A stretch of 64,000 bases of DNA, taken from positions 256,001 through 320,000 of the forward strand of contig CAVVXH010000010.1 in assembly GCA_963752155.1 (NCBI GenBank), written 5' to 3'. The notes under the pieces are model-generated. The model saw only the letters and a list, made by a program, of their open reading frames with translations, searched no databases and was not told the DNA's origin. Made by a program: the position numbers and the translations under genes. Of this stretch, positions 59,957 to 64,000 are shown piece by piece (the first letter of the stretch is position 1; each line of letters opens with the position of its first letter). Source of the stretch: an uncultured Parachlamydiaceae bacterium (GTDB taxonomy: Bacteria; Chlamydiota; Chlamydiia; Chlamydiales; Parachlamydiaceae).

Positions 59957-62900
59957 TTAATTTTTCTTAGAATTCTTAGCCATCTTGTCTTTAATTTCAC
60001 GCCACTTGGTCACAATCTGTGCCGCCATCGGAGCTCCCTCTTTACCAAAACCTCCGTACCGAAGGTAGACGATGACGACAACTTCCGGAAAACCAAATTT
60101 ATCTTTTGCCATAAACAACCCATCTTCATTTTGATTATAGGCAATACCTCCAAACCATACATGATTATACATCTTAACACCCTCTTTAAGGTCTATGTCC
60201 ATTCGCTCGATCGATTCGGCTGTACTTGTTTTGCCCAATAACTGATCTTTTAAATCGATATAATCGCTGATTGCTTCAGGATAGGGGCGATAAAGTCGAG
60301 ATAATGCCGCAAGACTTTCAAGCTGAGAACGCAAGACTACTTTATGCATTCCATCGAGCAAGATGTTACGGACTTCCGGAGGCATAGGGATAGAGCGCAT
60401 TTGAATAGTTGGCGTCTTGGATAAGCTCGATGTCCCATTCATAATTGCTTTTATCAGTTTAGGTTGTAAGACTTTGCCTCCATTGGCGATAGCACCCAAC
60501 GCGACACTTGTTTGTAAAGGCGTGACCACAAGAGAATGTTGACCGATAGCCATGGCATAGAGGCCTGTACGGTTAGTTTCAAGATCTGTGGGGACTTTTC
60601 CGGCAATTTCCCCAGGTAAATCAATTCCGGTGCGTTCTCCATAGCCAAAGAGGCGTGCCGCTTCAGCTAGATCATTGGGGGAATTTAAAACATCACCCGC
60701 AAGCAGGGCAAAATAAGGATTACTGGAAGTTTCGATAGCTTCTAGAATCCCCATTCTTCCTAAGTGGGAACCCACGCTCCGAGGAATCCTTCCTCCTTTA
60801 TAAAAACGAGGAATCGGTTTACCGTCGACGCTGTAGCCCACGTAGGTTTCTTTGCCAATATTAAATGTCGTATCGGTGATTTCAAGTGGATTCAATTTAG
60901 ACCGAGAAATATTTTCGCTTAAATTCTTGTATCTCTGCATCAAAGCTTCATAGGCGGTAATTAATTTAAAAATTGAGCCTTGTGAAGTGGATTGGCGATA
61001 GGCTTGTGAGCGACCATACCCGTAACCATAACGAGGATAGAAGGCCATCGCTAAATCTTTTTCAGTCTGAGTCGATCCGGATTTTCTTAACTGAGGATAT
61101 TTTCCGTTTAAAGGCCTTGTCAAGTTTTGGAAAGATCGAAATGTTTGCAAATAGGGGATGCAATCTATGGCTGGAAGAGTTTTAAGGAAGTCTCTAAGTT
61201 GTAAATAGGAAGCGTACCAATCTGATTCTTTATGAGCCCCAAGGCTCATTTCGTCGTGCCAACTTTTAAAATATTGAAGGTATGAGTTTAGCTTTTCATT
61301 TTCTTCTAGAGGGTGTTCGGAAGAAATTTTGCCGCATAAAAACATCTCGAGAAATTGCCATTTATTTTGCTCCCAGAATGCAGCTAAAAGTGCTTGTTCT
61401 TTTGCATCCAGCAGATCAATATATGGTTTTGCATAACGCTTCTGAGCTTTTTCTTCGGCTCGCTTTTCGAATAAAAAGATTTTTTCATTCTGTTGCCGCC
61501 AAGGGATGAAATGAATGTCATGATAAAGGTCTTTTGTCATCAAATGCACGGCTTCATTAAGCTTTCCAAAGTCAGCAGAAAAATTGCGATGAGTTCCTAA
61601 TTTTTGCTGTCCTATGGGTCCACAACATAAAGAAGAGGGAAAACGATTTTCATCGATGACAAGCCTGCAAAGGTCGATGCATAGGTTTTTATCTTCTTGG
61701 GAAAGAGCTTCCAGGGGAATTCGACCTGTAGAGATTAGGTCAATGGCTTGGCTAATTTTTAAATCATTTAATAAAGATATAAGTGGACTATTTGTAGTAA
61801 GAATAATTTGTAAAAAATTTTCCCAAGTAAGAACTTTTGATTCTTCTGAAATGCAACGATTTCGCAGATCATAAATCTCTCTTTTTAGAGGAGCTTTTTG
61901 ATCCCAAATTTCAGCAAGATGAGATTCGCTTTCAAGCCAACGTATTAGGTTTGAGCGTTTTTTTTGACTGATTTCAGAATTGCCTGTTAAGATAAAATCA
62001 TTAGGATCATAGCGTGGATGAGAAGCTAGGGCTAAGATTTCTCCTGTATGGGGTTCAAGGACAATGACAGCGCCACCTTTAATCCAAGGCTTTTTAGTTG
62101 CCATCGTTCGTTTACGAGATGCGTCCAAATGGGTCATACGGGTATCCCGTAAGGATTCATTTTGAATGAGAAGCTTTTCGGCGTATTCTTGGAGTTCTGC
62201 AGAAATGGTAAGGAAGAGACGTTTTCCAGAAAGCGGGGAGTAAGTACCGGGAAGCTCTTGAAGAAGATTGCCCCGTGCATCTGAACGGTAGTTCTTTTTG
62301 CCGCTAAGTCCCCGAAGATCTCTTTCAAAGCGACCTTCAATTCCAGCTTTGCCTACTCGATCACTGAGAGTGTACCTTTTTGCTTTCAGTTCTTTTAGAC
62401 GCGTGCGTATCTGTTGTTCATCTCGAAATCCATCTGGAAGAGGAAGATCTTCATCGATTTCAATTGCAGTAAGATAGGTCTTTAACGCACCGATTTCTTC
62501 CATGATTTTTTCATATTCGGAATGATTGATGGCTCCAAGATAGCCGATGATATCTCCCGCTACTTTGCCTAAGGGATAATGACGGCGAGGCACTTTTTCT
62601 GTGCAAATTCCAGGCCACTCTTTTTCTAGAGCCCGCAAAGAGTAGTATTCTTTTTCGCTGATGTCTTCCTTGATCACTAGGGGAATTTGATTGTAAAGGG
62701 CTCCTTTGGAATGAATAAGGTCTTCAATACGTTCAGCATCAAGGTTTAACTTATCGGCCAATAATTTAGCAAGCTTGGTAATGTATTCTCTTCTAGGATA
62801 TGTTTTTATTTTTTTGCCATCTTTTTGCGTTTCCCAACGCAGAGAGGAGATTTGCCTCAGTGGAGAATAAAGGAAGGATGCATTGTATTGCATTTGATTA

Positions 62901-63130
62901 ATGGCAAGGGGGATGTTATAACGATCGCGAATAGTACCCCGTTTGGCTGCTTCGATAATTGTCCGACGTTGAGGTTTTAAGGCATTTTGCTGGATTTCTT
63001 CATGCTGGATGATGGTTAGATGCCAAATGCGCAGGATGATGAGTAAGAAGGCTAATAAAATAAGATTGAGAATTCTATTTGTTTTTGCCGGAATATCTTG
63101 TTCTGGTTTTTTGCGTCGTTTTTGGTTCAT
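59957..63130 (-). CDS. mrdA: Penicillin-binding protein 2 (class B, chlamydia-type with large insertion)
   Basis: RGTIRDR, RHYPLG, GKAGIE, GSIFK (SxxK), SSN and KTS motifs. Confidence 0.88.
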   Translation of the reverse strand: MNQKRRKKPEQDIPAKTNRILNLILLAFLLIILRIWHLTIIQHEEIQQNALKPQRRTIIEAAKRGTIRDRYNIPLAINQMQYNASFLYSPLRQISSLRWETQKDGKKIKTYPRREYITKLAKLLADKLNLDAERIEDLIHSKGALYNQIPLVIKEDISEKEYYSLRALEKEWPGICTEKVPRRHYPLGKVAGDIIGYLGAINHSEYEKIMEEIGALKTYLTAIEIDEDLPLPDGFRDEQQIRTRLKELKAKRYTLSDRVGKAGIEGRFERDLRGLSGKKNYRSDARGNLLQELPGTYSPLSGKRLFLTISAELQEYAEKLLIQNESLRDTRMTHLDASRKRTMATKKPWIKGGAVIVLEPHTGEILALASHPRYDPNDFILTGNSEISQKKRSNLIRWLESESHLAEIWDQKAPLKREIYDLRNRCISEESKVLTWENFLQIILTTNSPLISLLNDLKISQAIDLISTGRIPLEALSQEDKNLCIDLCRLVIDENRFPSSLCCGPIGQQKLGTHRNFSADFGKLNEAVHLMTKDLYHDIHFIPWRQQNEKIFLFEKRAEEKAQKRYAKPYIDLLDAKEQALLAAFWEQNKWQFLEMFLCGKISSEHPLEENEKLNSYLQYFKSWHDEMSLGAHKESDWYASYLQLRDFLKTLPAIDCIPYLQTFRSFQNLTRPLNGKYPQLRKSGSTQTEKDLAMAFYPRYGYGYGRSQAYRQSTSQGSIFKLITAYEALMQRYKNLSENISRSKLNPLEITDTTFNIGKETYVGYSVDGKPIPRFYKGGRIPRSVGSHLGRMGILEAIETSSNPYFALLAGDVLNSPNDLAEAARLFGYGERTGIDLPGEIAGKVPTDLETNRTGLYAMAIGQHSLVVTPLQTSVALGAIANGGKVLQPKLIKAIMNGTSSLSKTPTIQMRSIPMPPEVRNILLDGMHKVVLRSQLESLAALSRLYRPYPEAISDYIDLKDQLLGKTSTAESIERMDIDLKEGVKMYNHVWFGGIAYNQNEDGLFMAKDKFGFPEVVVIVYLRYGGFGKEGAPMAAQIVTKWREIKDKMAKNSKKN

Positions 63131-63183
63131 GTTTACGATTTTGGGCTCCTAAATAACAAAATCGACTAATGCTGAATATTAAG

Positions 63184-63319
63184 AAAAATTAAACGCAAAG
63201 GCACGAAGGCGCAAAGAGATCTTACGCGAAGAATCTTCAATTTAAAGAAAGATATTTTACTTTACATGTAAGATCTCTTTGTGCCCTTTGCGCCTTCGTG
63301 TCTTTTGCGTTTAATTTTT
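63184..63319. repeat. Empty inverted 8-mer array pair, CGCAAAGG/CACGAAGG family
   Basis: AAAAATTAAACGCAAAGGCACGAAGGCGCAAAGAGATCTTAC versus GTAAGATCTCTTTGTGCCCTTTGCGCCTTCGTGTCTTTTGCGTTTAATTTTT. Confidence 0.85.
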
Positions 63320-63370
63320 ACTATACATTGTACTCTAATAGCGCAGCATCTTTCAATAGGGGCGTCACAG

Positions 63371-64000
63371 CTAAAAAACGAGAGTTTTGTTTAACTTTCT
63401 TTCTAAAACTTTCAATGGATTTGTGGAATTATCCTGAATAGCTTCTAGTGGCAAATGAAATGTTTGTTCTAAAACATGTTGACCTTCTAGGGCAGCGTGG
63501 GAGACGAGATCCGTGTAGACACCCCAAGTACTTCCCGGGGGAAACTTGACCACGCATTGAGGGACTGTTTTTTGATAGTGGTTATCGCCTTTCATCGTAT
63601 CGTGAATTTTAAGCATGTAATGGTCGTAAGGAGTTCTATAATCTTTTGTGATCCTTAATAATTTATAGAGTGATGCCATTCCCCAAATCGGTGCACGGAC
63701 TCGTGGAAATCATTTTTTCAACCACGTCTTCAAAGGGTTCACCTAGGCGCCAAACGCGAGGTTTTCCTTCATGATTGATATTGGTAAAAATACGTAAAAT
63801 GCGTTGTCCTCTAGTAGGACTTGAAGGAAAGGAATCGACATGAAGCCGAGAGTCATCTTTTCGATAAGAGCTCTTTCTTCCATTGATTTCAACTGGTCGG
63901 AAACTTGTTTTGGCCTGGTCTAAATAAGGGGTATAGCTTGGAATCAGATTTTCTAAAAATTGACGAGTTGTGATGGCGTAACGTTTGATCATTGCTTTCA
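63371..64000 (-). CDS. Kdo hydroxylase (KdoO-like) family protein, partial, frameshift near 63680
   Basis: DDSRLHVDSFPSSPTRGQRILRIFTNIN, RTPYDHYML and TDLVSHAALEGQ motifs. Confidence 0.8.

Overview
AT-rich bacterial chromosome segment whose gene set points to an environmental member of the Chlamydiae (Parachlamydiales-like). The evidence is chlamydia-type PBP2, FtsH with a long N-terminal region, ClpC, an M16C peptidase, an F-box protein and an Rhs protein with a GxSxG-type tail. Housekeeping genes: tyrP, clpC, nuoH-N, lnt, glgP, recR, dus, a murF-alr fusion, ftsH, tilS, lptF/G, tRNA-Leu(GAG), ligA and pbp2. Several conserved genes carry clustered frameshifts, probably sequencing errors. The most striking non-coding structure is a set of inward-facing inverted arrays of 8-9-bp tandem repeats in four sequence families. 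One array pair brackets a GxxExxY (PD-(D/E)xK-like) nuclease gene and supplies its ATG, while the others are empty, suggesting a REP/RAYT-like nuclease-plus-repeat system. There are also several palindromic MITE-like elements with recognisable TSDs, one of which clipped the C-terminus of nuoM. Other points of interest are a PLP-decarboxylase fused to a cyclic-nucleotide-binding domain, an unannotated Rpn-tail micro-ORF coupled to recR, and an Rhs toxin-immunity pair.
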